A DNA stretch of 63,882 nt, filler included. It is 16 parts of 16 records of this genome, joined end to end, with 100 filler letters (N's around TTAATTAATTAA, not from the genome) between each part and the next. Parts side by side here need not be neighbours in the genome. Positions count along the whole stretch, not along the records: positions 34,875 to 40,043 come from SRR11831580_4585; positions 40,144 to 42,514 come from SRR11831580_4592; positions 42,615 to 44,680 come from SRR11831580_4626; positions 44,781 to 47,534 come from SRR11831580_4627; positions 47,635 to 52,783 come from SRR11831580_4628; 11 more parts are not named here. One strand, 5' to 3'. Shown here in pieces: positions 35,849 to 48,248 of this stretch. Within the stretch, counting starts at the first letter, position 1. The number at the start of each line of letters is the position of its first letter. A program made the position numbers and the translations under genes. A model generated the notes under the pieces. The model was given only the letters and a program-made list of their open reading frames with translations. It searched no databases and was not told the origin of the DNA.

Positions 35849-38169
35849 TAATGGCAATCACCGGTGGTGCTGGCTGCGCAGCAACTGCTTACCGACTTGC
35901 GGGTTGCCAGCAGTTCGATATCCACCCGGCTACGCGCGCGGCGCAGCAGACCGATAACCACGATGTTAAACAGGATAACCGCCAGAATGCACACCAGGCT
36001 GTAAGTTGGATGCTGACTGTAGCTGGCGACCTGATAGAACAATGTTGCCAGTGAGTAAGCGATATTCAGCCCCCACAGGATGGAGAAGCCCATCCAGCCA
36101 CGGCTTGATTCACGGGCGATAGCCCCCATCACCGAGATACATGGTACATACAGCAGGACGAAAATCAGGTAGCTGTAAGCTGCTGCTGCGCTACCGAATT
36201 TCTGATCCATCACGCCCATCGCCCCGGTACCCATTTCGCCGTCGCCTTTGCTGGCTTCAATGGGGTTCATCAGTACGCTAAGGCTGAAGGTGTCTTTCAG
36301 GCTCTGCCAGGTTTCATCTATCGCACTGAACAGCTCTTCACCGAGGTTAAATTCTGCCGGATTGAACTCTTCGTCCTGAATATTTTCTGCGGTGTAGAGG
36401 GTGTTGAGCGTACCCACTACCACTTCTTTCGCCATGGCACCTGTAAACAGGCCAACCGTTGCCTGCCAGTTATCTTCATGCACGCCAATTGGCTTGAAGA
36501 CCGGGGTGATCACCCGGCTGACGGACGCCAGCGCCGAGTCGTTGATGTTATCGACGATTTTCCCGCTCAGCGAGAAGCTGTTGAAAGCGCTCAGGAAAAT
36601 GCTGACGATGATGATCACTTTACCAGCACGCAGAACGAAGCCTTTCAGACGCTGCCAGGTCTGGATAATCAGGCTTTTAACGTGTGGTACATGATAGACC
36701 GGCAACTCCATGACAAACGGCGTCGCTTCACCGCGCATGATGGTGTACTTGAGCATCAGGCCAGTCAGCACCGCCATCACAATACCCAGCATATACAGCG
36801 AGAAGACCGCCAGCGCACCGTTCTGCCCGAAGAAGGCAGCCGCGAATACTGCGAAGATAGCCAGACGCGCGCCGCAGGACATAAACGGTGCCATCATGAT
36901 GGTCATCAGACGTTCACGCGGTGCATCAAGCGTACGTGCACCCATTACCGACGGTACGTTACAACCGAAACCGACGATCAGCGGCACAAAGGATTTCCCC
37001 GGCAAGCCCAGCGCCTGCATCAGACGGTCCATCACAAACGCCGCACGCGCCATATACCCGGAGTCCTCAAGGAAGGAGAGGAACAGGTACATCATGCCAA
37101 TCTGCGGCACCAGTGGCAGCACGGTGTTAATGCCGCCACCCAGGCCCTGGGCGAGGAAGATAGTCAGCCAGTCCGGGAAGTGGAGCGTGTAGCCAATCCA
37201 TTGAATACCATGCACAAATAGCGCCACGGAGCCGACGTCAAACAGCGGCTGTAACGCCCCGCCGATGTTGATAGCCAGCAGGAACATCAGGTACATCACA
37301 AAGAGGAAAATCGGCAGACCGAGGAAACGGTTGAGCACGATTTTATCTACCGCAGTGGTGAAACGGCTGGGTTCTGCCGTCAGGGTGTTGCTTACCACAT
37401 CACAGATGGCAGCAATGCACTGGTAACGCGCATCGGCAATGTGCAGCGCCGGATCGTCCATCTCATTACGCAGACGGGCGAGGGCGGCATCCAGATGCTG
37501 CGACGCTTCACCGGCGTAGGCGCGGCTGTAGATATCGCCTTCCAGCATTTGCAGGCCCAGCCAGCGACGTTGTTTCAGCGGGATGTCGGAAGGCATCACT
37601 TTTGCCAGTGAATCTGCTTCGTTGAGCAGCGGCTGTGCGTAATGCACCAGTTCCACATTCTCGTTAGCTTTATAGCGATCAATCGCCAGCTTGAGCGCTT
37701 CAATACCGCGACCACGGGTTGAAACCAGCGGGATCACCGGACAGCCCAGACGCGCCGACAGAGCATCAATTTCAATACGAATATTTTGCTTCTCGGCAAT
37801 GTCGAGCATGTTCAGTGCCACAATGCAGGGAATGCCGAGTTCCAGCAGTTGTAGCGTCAGGTACAGGTTACGCTCAAGGTTAGACGCATCCACCACGTTA
37901 ATCAGCAGGTCGGCGTCGCCACTCAAAATGTAGTGACAGGCGATTTGCTCATCGAGCGAGGTCTGCGATGAGATGGTGGTCAGAGAATAGGTGCCGGGCA
38001 GGTCCACCAGCGTGACCTGATGATCGGTGGTGGAGAATTGCCCTTCTTTACGTTCGACGGTAACGCCAGCCCAGTTACCTACACGCTGACGTGAGCCAGT
38101 GAGCTGGTTAAATAACGTTGTCTTGCCAGAATTTGGATTACCAATTAAGCCAATGGTTAATTTTTTCAT
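35848..38169 (-). CDS. feoB: Fe2+ transporter FeoB
   Basis: [12 protein letters not shown] and NMLD GTPase motifs plus TM domain. Confidence 0.98.
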   Translation of the reverse strand: MKKLTIGLIGNPNSGKTTLFNQLTGSRQRVGNWAGVTVERKEGQFSTTDHQVTLVDLPGTYSLTTISSQTSLDEQIACHYILSGDADLLINVVDASNLERNLYLTLQLLELGIPCIVALNMLDIAEKQNIRIEIDALSARLGCPVIPLVSTRGRGIEALKLAIDRYKANENVELVHYAQPLLNEADSLAKVMPSDIPLKQRRWLGLQMLEGDIYSRAYAGEASQHLDAALARLRNEMDDPALHIADARYQCIAAICDVVSNTLTAEPSRFTTAVDKIVLNRFLGLPIFLFVMYLMFLLAINIGGALQPLFDVGSVALFVHGIQWIGYTLHFPDWLTIFLAQGLGGGINTVLPLVPQIGMMYLFLSFLEDSGYMARAAFVMDRLMQALGLPGKSFVPLIVGFGCNVPSVMGARTLDAPRERLMTIMMAPFMSCGARLAIFAVFAAAFFGQNGALAVFSLYMLGIVMAVLTGLMLKYTIMRGEATPFVMELPVYHVPHVKSLIIQTWQRLKGFVLRAGKVIIIVSIFLSAFNSFSLSGKIVDNINDSALASVSRVITPVFKPIGVHEDNWQATVGLFTGAMAKEVVVGTLNTLYTAENIQDEEFNPAEFNLGEELFSAIDETWQSLKDTFSLSVLMNPIEASKGDGEMGTGAMGVMDQKFGSAAAAYSYLIFVLLYVPCISVMGAIARESSRGWMGFSILWGLNIAYSLATLFYQVASYSQHPTYSLVCILAVILFNIVVIGLLRRARSRVDIELLATRKSVSSCCAASTTGDCH

Positions 38170-38185
38170 TGTTGTTATCACCGTA

Positions 38186-38413
38186 TTAACAGGAAACCGC
38201 TTCCACTTCTAATAAGGCCAGATCTTTTTTGCGTAATACCAGGCTCACACGACGGGTTTCGATATGAATGGGGTCGCCGAGTGGAGCGACGCGCACCACA
38301 TTAAAAGAGGAGCCAGGTAACATGCCAAGAGAAAGCAGTTTTTGGCGATATGCCGGGCTGATTTCACGGGAAAAGCCAGTGATTTTCCACGCAGTATCTG
38401 GAGTGTATTGCAT
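38186..38413 (-). CDS. feoA: FeoA
   Basis: 75 aa with LGMLPG and APLGDP. Confidence 0.96.
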   Translation of the reverse strand: MQYTPDTAWKITGFSREISPAYRQKLLSLGMLPGSSFNVVRVAPLGDPIHIETRRVSLVLRKKDLALLEVEAVSC

Positions 38414-38523
38414 AGGTGCCTACTTGTTTCTCATTAACTGGATAACTACCTCATGGGGCGTTTGACAGCGACATGAGACCAGATGATTTGCCAACAAAGG
38501 AGAGATTAAATAATCAACAACAC

Positions 38524-38548
38524 AATGATAATGAGAATGGTTTCTATC
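38524..38548. promoter_or_regulatory. Fur box of feoABC
   Basis: AATGATAATGAGAATGGTTTCTATC. Confidence 0.75.
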
Positions 38549-38602
38549 AGCAATACTTAAAATGTGTGCGAATGTTGGTTTGAATAATAATCTGACTCAA
38601 TG

Positions 38603-38616
38603 TTGATGTGGCTCAA
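38603..38616. promoter_or_regulatory. FNR site of feoABC
   Basis: TTGATGTGGCTCAA versus TTGAT-N4-ATCAA. Confidence 0.7.
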
Positions 38617-38744
38617 GGTTATATCGCAGCGAAAATATAATTCGAATAGTGAATTACCCGGACTGGCTAATGTTTAATTAAGGTTTCAGTTGTTAATGAA
38701 ATGATAAATATTGCCGGAATATATTATGAGTTTGGCTGTGGAAT

Positions 38745-38776
38745 AAAAATGCCGGAGATATTCTCCGGCACTTTTA
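38745..38776 (-). terminator. Terminator after yhgF
   Basis: TGCCGGAGA-TAT-TCTCCGGCA flanked by A/T tracts. Confidence 0.75.
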
Positions 38777-38795
38777 TGTCAGGCAAGGCGTTCGT

Positions 38796-38831
38796 TGCCA
38801 GATGCGGCGTGAACGCCTTATCTGCCCTACG
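38796..38831. repeat. REP element
   Basis: TGCCAGATGCGGCGTGAACGCCTTATCTGCCCTACG. Confidence 0.85.
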
Positions 38832-38869
38832 ATTTCGTGCAAATTCGAACCGTAGGCCAGTACGGGCGT

Positions 38870-40043
38870 TTAACGTTTTTTGCCCATTGCCGCCGCCAGC
38901 GCATCCATCATCGCGCTATTACCGGCAGGCTGCGCTTCACGACCGCGTGGTTTGGCTGCCGGGCGGTTGTTTTGCGGGCGTTCATTACCGCCGCCGCGAC
39001 GAGCGTTGGTTTCGCCAGGCTGCTCATCCAGGCGCATAGTCAGGGCGATACGTTTACGCTGAAGATCCACTTCCAGCACTTTCACCTTCACAATGTCGCC
39101 CGCTTTCACCACGGTATGCGGATCTTCCACAAACTTGTTCGACAATGAAGAGATGTGAACCAGGCCGTCCTGATGCACGCCAATATCGACAAACGCGCCA
39201 AAGTTGGTGACGTTGGTCACTGCGCCTTCGAGGATCATACCCGGTTGCAGGTCGTTCATTGTCTCGACGCCATCGGCAAACTGAGCGGTTTTAAATTCCG
39301 GACGCGGATCGCGACCCGGTTTTTCCAGCTCTTTGATGATGTCGGTTACCGTCGGCACACCGAATTTCTCATCAGTAAAGTCAGACGCTTTCAGGTTACG
39401 CAGTTCGCTGCTGTTACCCATCAGATCTTTCAGTGCCTGCTGTGTTGCTGCCAGAATGCGTTCCACCACCGGATAGGCTTCCGGGTGAACGGTAGACGCG
39501 TCCAGCGGGTTATCACCGTGGTTAATGCGCAAGAAGCCCGCGCACTGCTCGAAGGCTTTCGGCCCCAGACGGCTCACTTTTAACAGTTGCTGACGGTTCT
39601 GGAACTGACCGTTCTCATCGCGCCAGGCAACGATGTTTTGCGCCATCATGCGCGTCAGGCCCGCCACGCGGGTTAACAGCGGAACAGAAGCAGTGTTGAG
39701 ATCGACGCCAACGGCGTTTACGCAGTCTTCTACTACTGCGTCCAGTTTGCGGGCCAGTTGCGTCTGGCTGACGTCATGCTGATACTGACCTACGCCGATA
39801 GATTTCGGATCGATTTTCACCAGCTCCGCCAGCGGATCCTGCAAACGGCGGGCGATAGACACCGCGCCACGCAGCGAAACGTCGAGATCCGGGAACTCCT
39901 GTGCAGCCAGCTCGGAAGCCGAGTAAACCGACGCGCCTGCTTCGCTGACGATTACTTTCTGCGCGGTCACTTTCGGGAACTGCTTCTGCACATCGAGATA
40001 GAAACGCTCAGTTTCGCGGGAAGCTGTACCGTTACCGATCGCT
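38870..40043 (-). CDS. yhgF: Tex-family RNA-binding protein YhgF, 3' part
   Basis: [10 protein letters not shown], HhH and S1 domain (FGAFVDIG). Confidence 0.94.
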
Positions 40044-40143
40044 NNNNNNNNNNNNNNNNNNNNNNNNNNNNNNNNNNNNNNNNNNNNTTAATTAATTAAN
40101 NNNNNNNNNNNNNNNNNNNNNNNNNNNNNNNNNNNNNNNNNNN

Positions 40144-40227
40144 AACGCCTTATCCGGCCTACAAAATCGTGCAAATTCAATACATTGCAGAATTTTCGTA
40201 GGCCTGATAAGCGGAGCGCATCAGGCA
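40144..40227. repeat. REP pair (BIME) after dppA
   Basis: GCCTTATCCGGCCTAC ... GTAGGCCTGATAAG...GCATCAGGCA. Confidence 0.88.
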
Positions 40228-40263
40228 TTTTTGCCTTTGCCATCAGTCTTGTATGGCTTTTAA

Positions 40264-41871
40264 TTATTCGATAGAGACGTTTTCGAAGTGATGTTTGCCT
40301 AATGGATCAACCACATAGCCTTTAACTTCTTTACGTACCGGTTCAAACACGGTGGAGTGAGCGATGATCAGTGCCGGAGCCTGATCGTGCATCACCACCT
40401 GCGCTTGTTTGTACAGTTCAACGCGTTTATTGTGGTCGTCGGTAGCACGCGCCGGTTGAATCAGATCTTCAAACGGTTTGTAGCACCATTTTGAGTAGTT
40501 GGAGCCTTGTTCAGAGGCGGCGCAGCTGAACAGGGTGGCGAAGAAGTTATCCGGATCCCCGTTATCGCCAGTCCAGCCCATCATTACCGTCTGGTGCTCG
40601 CCATCTTTCGCACGCTTGAGGTACTCACCCCATTCGTAGGTGACAATTTTGGCCTGCACGCCGACTTTCGCCCAGTCTGCCTGAATCATCTCCGCCATGC
40701 GGCGAGCGTTCGGGTTATACGGACGTTGTACCGGCATCGCCCACAGGTCGATGGAGAAACCTTTTTCCAGACCCGCTTCTTTCAGCAAGGCTTTCGCTTT
40801 TTCAGGATCGTAGGTGTAGTCCTGAACGTCGTCGTTATAGCCCCACATGGTTGGCGGGATCAGGTTTTTCGCTGATACGCCCGCGCCCTGATAAACCGCT
40901 TTGATGATCGCGTCTTTGTTCACCGCGTAGGTCAGAGCCTGGCGAACTTTCACGTCATCGAGTGGTTTTTTCTGCACGTTATACGAGAGATAACCGACGT
41001 TCAGCCCCGGCATTTCCATCAGATTGATGGATTTATCCTGCTTCATGCGAGCGATATCTGCCGGGTTCGGGTACGGCATCACCTGGCATTCATTCTTCTG
41101 CAATTTCGCGTAACGCACGGAAGCGTCAGGGGTAATAGAGAAAACCAGCGTATCGATCTGCGGTTTGGTGCCCCAGTAGCCATCAAACGCTTTGTAGCGG
41201 ATACGGGAATCTTTTTGATACTGCTGTAACTGGAACGGACCGGTTCCGATTGGGTTGAGGTCCAGTTTTTCCGGTGTACCGGCTTTCATCATCGCATCAG
41301 CATATTCTTTTGACAGAATAGAGGCGAAGTCCATTGCCAGGTCAGCGAGGAACGGCGCTTCCGGGCGAGTCAGCACAAACTGAACGGTGTTGTCGTCCAC
41401 CTTTTTCACTTCACTGATCAGCTCTGGCAAGCCCATGCCTTCGAAGTATTCGTAGCTGCCGCCAGAAACTTTATGGTACGGGTTTTGCGCGTTTTTCTGA
41501 CGATCGAACGAGAACACCACATCATCGGCGTTCAGTTCACGCGTCGGTTTGAATTCTTTATTGTCGTGCCACTTCACACCTTTACGCAGATGGAAGGTAT
41601 AGGTTTTACCGTCTTCGCTGACTTCCCACTTTTCAGCGAGGCCCGGGATCACTTCGGTGGTGCCGATTTTAAATTCAACCAGACGGTTATAAAGCGGGAC
41701 GGAAGAGGCGTCATAGGTGGTGCCGGAGGTAAACAGCTGCGGGTTAAACCCTTCCGGAGATCCTTCTGAGCAATAAACCAGAGTTTTAGCCTGAACACTT
41801 GCTGCGACGGTCATAGCCACCAGGCTGAGACCAAGCTTCAGCATCCCTGACTTTTTCAAGGAAATACGCAT
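40264..41871 (-). CDS. dppA: Dipeptide-binding protein DppA
   Basis: Signal peptide then KTLVYCSEGSPEGFNPQ; family 5 SBP. Confidence 0.97.
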   Translation of the reverse strand: MRISLKKSGMLKLGLSLVAMTVAASVQAKTLVYCSEGSPEGFNPQLFTSGTTYDASSVPLYNRLVEFKIGTTEVIPGLAEKWEVSEDGKTYTFHLRKGVKWHDNKEFKPTRELNADDVVFSFDRQKNAQNPYHKVSGGSYEYFEGMGLPELISEVKKVDDNTVQFVLTRPEAPFLADLAMDFASILSKEYADAMMKAGTPEKLDLNPIGTGPFQLQQYQKDSRIRYKAFDGYWGTKPQIDTLVFSITPDASVRYAKLQKNECQVMPYPNPADIARMKQDKSINLMEMPGLNVGYLSYNVQKKPLDDVKVRQALTYAVNKDAIIKAVYQGAGVSAKNLIPPTMWGYNDDVQDYTYDPEKAKALLKEAGLEKGFSIDLWAMPVQRPYNPNARRMAEMIQADWAKVGVQAKIVTYEWGEYLKRAKDGEHQTVMMGWTGDNGDPDNFFATLFSCAASEQGSNYSKWCYKPFEDLIQPARATDDHNKRVELYKQAQVVMHDQAPALIIAHSTVFEPVRKEVKGYVVDPLGKHHFENVSIE

Positions 41872-41880
41872 TATTCTGCT

Positions 41881-41900
41881 CCAATTGTGATGTTTGTTGT
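41881..41900 (-). promoter_or_regulatory. CA-rich enhancer / GcvB target in the dppA leader
   Basis: ACAACAAACATCACAATTGG just upstream of the SD. Confidence 0.65.
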
Positions 41901-42435
41901 TTTAACCCTTTGCAGTGGGTTGTCGCTGCCTGACCTTTTTGTTTTTGCCCGGTCGGGTCAACGTTATGAGGTGGGGATGCCGTACTAATTAACATCAGTG
42001 TAACAGTGCGGATCCTCCATAAAATGCCCCTCGTGACCTACAATCTGTCAACAGAATGTGAAAACGTCAATACAGCCAACCGGGATTTACACCAACGGTG
42101 AGAATCCACAAACAAAGATTAAAAAAACTTCAAACAGCTATTTGCAGCAGAGAAATTTGTGCTACTCCAACATGACCAGAACAATCAGCTTAATATTTAG
42201 CAACATTTGGTGATTAAGTTTTATGCATTTAATGAAAAAAATCTGAGGAAAAGGTGGATATCTGAGCGATTAATACCATGAACGCTAAAACGCACAGCGG
42301 AAAATGCCAGGGCCAGCCATAAGTAACGCAAAAAAAGATTTAAGCAAATATAAAAAAAGACAATGGTTTCTGTCACAAATCCGTTAATGGATAGTGAGAT
42401 ATGGGGCGCAAATTTGGCAGGGAAATGTGTGTCGT

Positions 42436-42514
42436 GTAGGTCGAATAAGGCGGTCGCGCCGCATCCGACAATGGCCGGCACATTTGCCTGATGCGACGCT
42501 GACGCGTCTTATCA
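42436..42514. repeat. REP elements at contig end
   Basis: GTAGGTCGAATAAGGCG...GCATCCGAC and GCCTGATGCGACGCTGACGCGTCTTATCA. Confidence 0.85.
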
Positions 42515-42614
42515 NNNNNNNNNNNNNNNNNNNNNNNNNNNNNNNNNNNNNNNNNNNNTTAATTAATTAANNNNNNNNNNNNNNNNNNNNNNNNNNNNNN
42601 NNNNNNNNNNNNNN

Positions 42615-42663
42615 AGGCGGCCGTACCGTTGGCGCGGGCGTTGTAGCAAAAGTTCTGAGCTAA
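42615..42663 (+). CDS. tufB: EF-Tu, extreme 3' end
   Basis: GGRTVGAGVVAKVLS*; upstream of secE. Confidence 0.93.
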
Positions 42664-42693
42664 TTGCCGATAACATTTGACGCAATGCGCACT

Positions 42694-42720
42694 AAAAGGG
42701 CATCATTTGATGCCCTTTTT
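42694..42720 (+). terminator. tufB terminator
   Basis: AAAAGGGCATCA-TT-TGATGCCCTTTTT. Confidence 0.85.
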
Positions 42721-42892
42721 GCACGCTTTCGTACCAGAACCTGGCTCATCAGTGATTTTCTTTGTCATAATCATTGCTGAGACAGGCTCTGTTGAGGGCG
42801 TATAATCCGAAAAGCTAATACGCGTTTCGATTTGGTTTGCCTCGCGATCGCGGGGTGAAAATGTTTGTAGAAAACTTCTGACAGGTTGGTTT

Positions 42893-43276
42893 ATGAGTGC
42901 GAATACCGAAGCTCAAGGAAGCGGGCGCGGCCTGGAAGCGATGAAGTGGGTCGTTGTGGTGGCATTGCTCCTGGTGGCGATTGTCGGCAACTATCTTTAT
43001 CGCGACATTATGCTGCCGCTGCGTGCGCTGGCCGTAGTAATTCTGATTGCTGCAGCGGGTGGTGTCGCGCTGTTAACGACAAAAGGTAAAGCTACCGTTG
43101 CTTTTGCCCGTGAAGCGCGTACCGAAGTCCGTAAGGTCATTTGGCCGACTCGCCAGGAAACATTGCACACCACGCTGATTGTGGCTGCGGTTACCGCAGT
43201 AATGTCACTGATCCTGTGGGGACTGGATGGTATTCTGGTTCGCCTGGTATCCTTTATCACTGGCCTGAGGTTCTGA
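42893..43276 (+). CDS. secE: SecE
   Basis: EVRKVIWPT motif. Confidence 0.97.
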
Positions 43277-43277
43277 G

Positions 43278-43823
43278 ATGTCTGAAGCTCCTAAAAAGCG
43301 CTGGTACGTCGTTCAGGCGTTTTCCGGTTTTGAAGGCCGCGTAGCAACGTCGCTGCGTGAGCATATCAAATTACACAACATGGAAGATTTGTTTGGTGAA
43401 GTCATGGTACCAACCGAAGAAGTGGTTGAAATCCGTGGCGGTCAGCGTCGCAAAAGCGAACGTAAATTCTTCCCTGGCTACGTCCTCGTTCAGATGGTGA
43501 TGAACGACGCGAGCTGGCACCTGGTGCGCAGCGTACCGCGTGTGATGGGCTTCATCGGCGGTACTTCCGATCGTCCTGCGCCAATCAGCGATAAAGAAGT
43601 CGATGCGATTATGAACCGCCTGCAGCAGGTTGGTGATAAGCCGCGTCCGAAAACGCTGTTTGAACCGGGTGAAATGGTCCGTGTTAATGATGGTCCGTTC
43701 GCTGACTTCAACGGTGTTGTTGAAGAAGTGGATTACGAGAAATCTCGTCTGAAAGTGTCTGTTTCTATCTTCGGTCGTGCGACCCCGGTAGAGCTGGACT
43801 TCAGCCAGGTTGAAAAAGCCTAA
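43278..43823 (+). CDS. nusG: NusG
   Basis: NGN and KOW domains. Confidence 0.98.
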
Positions 43824-43918
43824 CCCAGCGATCAAAAAAGCGGCGATTTAATCGTTGCACAAGGCGTGAGATTGGAATACAATTTCGCGCCTTTTGTTTT
43901 TATGGGCCTTGCCCGTAA

Positions 43919-44680
<762 letters not shown>

Positions 44681-44780
44681 NNNNNNNNNNNNNNNNNNNN
44701 NNNNNNNNNNNNNNNNNNNNNNNNTTAATTAATTAANNNNNNNNNNNNNNNNNNNNNNNNNNNNNNNNNNNNNNNNNNNN

Positions 44781-44837
44781 TATAACTTCAACCAGACCCG
44801 TGTCGGTGTGGGGGTTATGCTAAACGATTTGTTTTGA
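44781..44837 (+). CDS. pldA: Outer membrane phospholipase A, extreme 3' end
   Basis: YNFNQTRVGVGVMLNDLF*; upstream of recQ. Confidence 0.88.
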   Translation, partial: YNFNQTRVGVGVMLNDLF

Positions 44838-44969
44838 TGAACGGTTGAGTGGTTGGCAAATCTGGAATCCAGCATCCAGGATTACCCTCTCAGAGACTAA
44901 AAGCATTGCAGTTTCTCGCGCAGGCGCTGAAAATAGCGCCTGTTTTTATTTCAGGCAATCGGGGTGAAT

Positions 44970-46799
44970 GTGGCGCAGGCGGAAGTGTTGAATCTGGAGT
45001 CCGGAGCTAAACAGGTTTTACAAGAAACCTTTGGCTACCAACAGTTTCGCCCCGGCCAGGAAGAAATTATCGACACTGTGCTTTCCGGCCGCGATTGCCT
45101 CGTCGTCATGCCCACTGGTGGCGGAAAATCCCTTTGCTATCAAATCCCTGCCTTATTGCTAAACGGCCTTACCGTGGTTGTTTCACCGCTGATTTCGTTG
45201 ATGAAAGATCAGGTGGATCAACTGCAAGCCAACGGCGTGGCGGCGGCGTGCCTTAACTCGACGCAAACCCGCGAACAGCAACTTGAAGTGATGACAGGCT
45301 GCCGCACCGGGCAAATTCGTCTGCTTTATATCGCCCCGGAACGCCTGATGCTGGATAACTTTCTTGAGCATCTGGCGCACTGGAATCCGGTGTTATTAGC
45401 CGTTGATGAAGCGCACTGTATCTCCCAATGGGGCCACGATTTCCGCCCGGAATATGCCGCGCTCGGTCAGTTGCGCCAGCGGTTCCCGACGCTGCCGTTT
45501 ATGGCGCTGACCGCCACAGCCGACGACACCACGCGCCAGGATATCGTGCGCCTGCTGGGGCTGAACGATCCGCTGATTCAAATCAGCAGTTTTGACCGTC
45601 CGAATATTCGCTACATGCTGATGGAGAAGTTCAAACCGCTCGATCAGTTGATGCGCTACGTGCAGGAACAGCGCGGTAAGTCAGGCATTATCTACTGCAA
45701 CAGCCGCGCGAAAGTAGAAGACACCGCTGCGCGCCTGCAAAGCAAGGGAATTAGCGCGGCGGCCTATCATGCCGGGCTGGAAAATAATGTTCGCGCCGAT
45801 GTGCAGGAAAAATTCCAGCGCGATGACCTGCAAATTGTGGTGGCGACGGTGGCGTTCGGCATGGGCATCAATAAACCAAACGTTCGCTTCGTGGTCCACT
45901 TTGATATTCCGCGCAATATCGAATCCTATTATCAGGAAACCGGACGCGCCGGGCGTGATGGCCTGCCCGCGGAAGCGATGCTGTTTTACGATCCGGCTGA
46001 TATGGCGTGGCTGCGCCGTTGTCTGGAAGAGAAGCCGCAGGGGCAGTTGCAGGATATCGAGCGCCACAAACTCAATGCGATGGGCGCGTTTGCCGAAGCG
46101 CAAACTTGCCGTCGTCTGGTATTGCTGAACTATTTTGGCGAAGGGCGTCAGGAGCCGTGCGGGAACTGCGATATCTGCCTCGATCCGCCGAAACAGTACG
46201 ACGGTTCAACCGATGCTCAGATTGCCCTTTCCACCATTGGTCGTGTGAATCAGCGGTTTGGGATGGGTTATGTGGTGGAAGTGATTCGTGGTGCTAATAA
46301 CCAGCGTATCCGCGACTATGGTCATGACAAACTGAAAGTCTATGGCATGGGCCGTGATAAAAGCCATGAACATTGGGTGAGCGTGATCCGCCAGCTGATT
46401 CACCTCGGCCTGGTGACGCAAAATATTGCCCAGCATTCTGCCCTACAACTGACAGAGGCCGCGCGCCCGGTGCTGCGCGGCGAATCCTCTTTGCAACTTG
46501 CCGTGCCGCGTATCGTGGCGCTCAAACCGAAAGCGATGCAGAAATCGTTCGGCGGCAACTATGATCGCAAACTGTTCGCCAAATTACGCAAACTGCGTAA
46601 ATCGATAGCCGATGAAAGTAATGTCCCGCCGTACGTGGTGTTTAACGACGCAACCTTGATTGAGATGGCTGAACAGATGCCGATCACCGCCAGCGAAATG
46701 CTCAGCGTTAACGGCGTTGGGATGCGCAAGCTGGAACGCTTTGGCAAACCGTTTATGGCGCTGATTCGTGCGCATGTTGATGGCGATGACGAAGAGTAG
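44970..46799 (+). CDS. recQ: RecQ helicase
   Basis: TGGGKS and DEAH motifs, RQC and HRDC domains; alternative GTG at 44964. Confidence 0.97.
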
Positions 46800-46862
46800 T
46801 CAGCAGCATAAAAAAGTGCCAGTATGAAGACTCCGTAAACGTTTCCCCCGCGAGTCAAATGT

Positions 46863-47481
46863 ATGTTGATGTTATTTCTCACCGTCGCCATGGTGCACAT
46901 TGTGGCGCTTATGAGCCCCGGTCCCGATTTCTTTTTTGTCTCTCAGACCGCTGTCAGTCGTTCCCGTAAAGAAGCGATGATGGGCGTGCTGGGCATTACC
47001 TGCGGCGTAATGGTTTGGGCTGGGATTGCGCTGCTTGGCCTGCATTTGATTATCGAAAAATGGCCTGGCTGCATACGCTGATTATGGTGGGCGGTGGCCT
47101 GTATCTCTGCTGGATGGGTTACCAGATGCTACGTGGTGCACTGAAAAAGAGGCGGTTTCTGCACCTGCGCCACAGGTCGAGCTGGCGAAAAGTGGGCGCA
47201 GTTTCCTGAAAGGTTTACTGACCAATCTCGCTAATCCGAAAGCGATTATCTACTTTGGCTCGGTGTTCTCATTGTTTGTCGGTGATAACGTTGGCACTAC
47301 CGCGCGCTGGGGCATTTTTGCGCTGATCATTGTCGAAACGCTGGCGTGGTTTACCGTCGTTGCCAGCCTGTTTGCCCTGCCGCAAATGCGCCGTGGTTAT
47401 CAACGTCTGGCGAAGTGGATTGATGGTTTTGCCGGGGCGTTATTTGCCGGATTTGGCATTCATTTGATTATTTCGCGGTGA
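46863..47481 (+). CDS. rhtC: Threonine efflux protein RhtC; two apparent -1 frameshifts
   Basis: SPGPD LysE-family motif; fragments rejoin by adding one A to each of the A5 runs at 47056-47060 and 47144-47148. Confidence 0.9.
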
Positions 47482-47499
47482 TGCCAGACGCGTCTTCAG

Positions 47500-47534
47500 A
47501 GTAAGTCGGATAAGGCGTTTACGCCGCATCCGAC
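47500..47534. repeat. REP element at contig end
   Basis: GTAAGTCGGATAAGGCGTTTACGCCGCATCCGAC. Confidence 0.85.
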
Positions 47535-47634
47535 NNNNNNNNNNNNNNNNNNNNNNNNNNNNNNNNNNNNNNNNNNNNTTAATTAATTAANNNNNNNNNN
47601 NNNNNNNNNNNNNNNNNNNNNNNNNNNNNNNNNN

Positions 47635-47659
47635 ATGTATGCTATACGAAGTTATTACG
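47635..47659 (+). other. Partial loxP within a 454 Titanium paired-end linker remnant
   Basis: ATGTATGC-TATACGAAGTTAT is the loxP spacer plus right arm, followed by TACG as in the linker TCGTATAACTTCGTATAATGTATGCTATACGAAGTTATTACG. Confidence 0.9.
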
Positions 47660-48180
47660 CGTTTTTCTTCGTTAGCCATAATGGCAAACGGGCAGCTTTC
47701 GGTGCTGGCTACGGTGATGAAGTCGGACGGAATAGCGGTAACTTTATCGCCGTGGCTCATCCAGACATCGAGCAGCGGTTTACCGTCTGCGGTCAGCGCA
47801 TCTTCGATACCGCGAACCAGTGCGCTGTCGTTTACGACTTCAACCTGCGCGTAGCCAAATTCACGTTCGTTAGAGGCTTCAACGTGACCGCCCAACTGCA
47901 TTGCCATGGTCTGCATGCCATAGCAAACGCCGAATACCGGTACGCCTGCTTCAAAGACATACTGCGGCGCACGCGGACTGTTTTCTTCAGTAGTACTTTC
48001 CGGGCCGCCGGAAAGAATAATGCCGCTTGGATTGAAGTCACGAATTTGTGCTTCTGTCACATCCCACGCCCACAGTTCGCAGTAAACACCCAGCTCACGC
48101 ACGCGGCGCGCAACCAGTTGAGTGTACTGAGAACCGAAGTCCAGAATGAGGATGCGATGCTTATGAATGTTTTCCGTCAT
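47659..48180 (-). CDS. guaA: GMP synthase, 5' part
   Basis: ILDFGSQY and GVCYGMQ glutaminase motifs; native sequence stops after NEEKR. Confidence 0.96.
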
Positions 48181-48248
48181 TGACGCTTATTCCGAGGCAA
48201 GTGAAACAGATAATATAAATCGCCCGACATGAAGTCGGGCGAAGAGAA

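Noticed and set aside
44781-44789. TATAACTTC at a contig start, resembling a loxP left arm
   Set aside because: It continues AACCAG, not GTATA, and is in-frame pldA coding sequence (YNFNQ).
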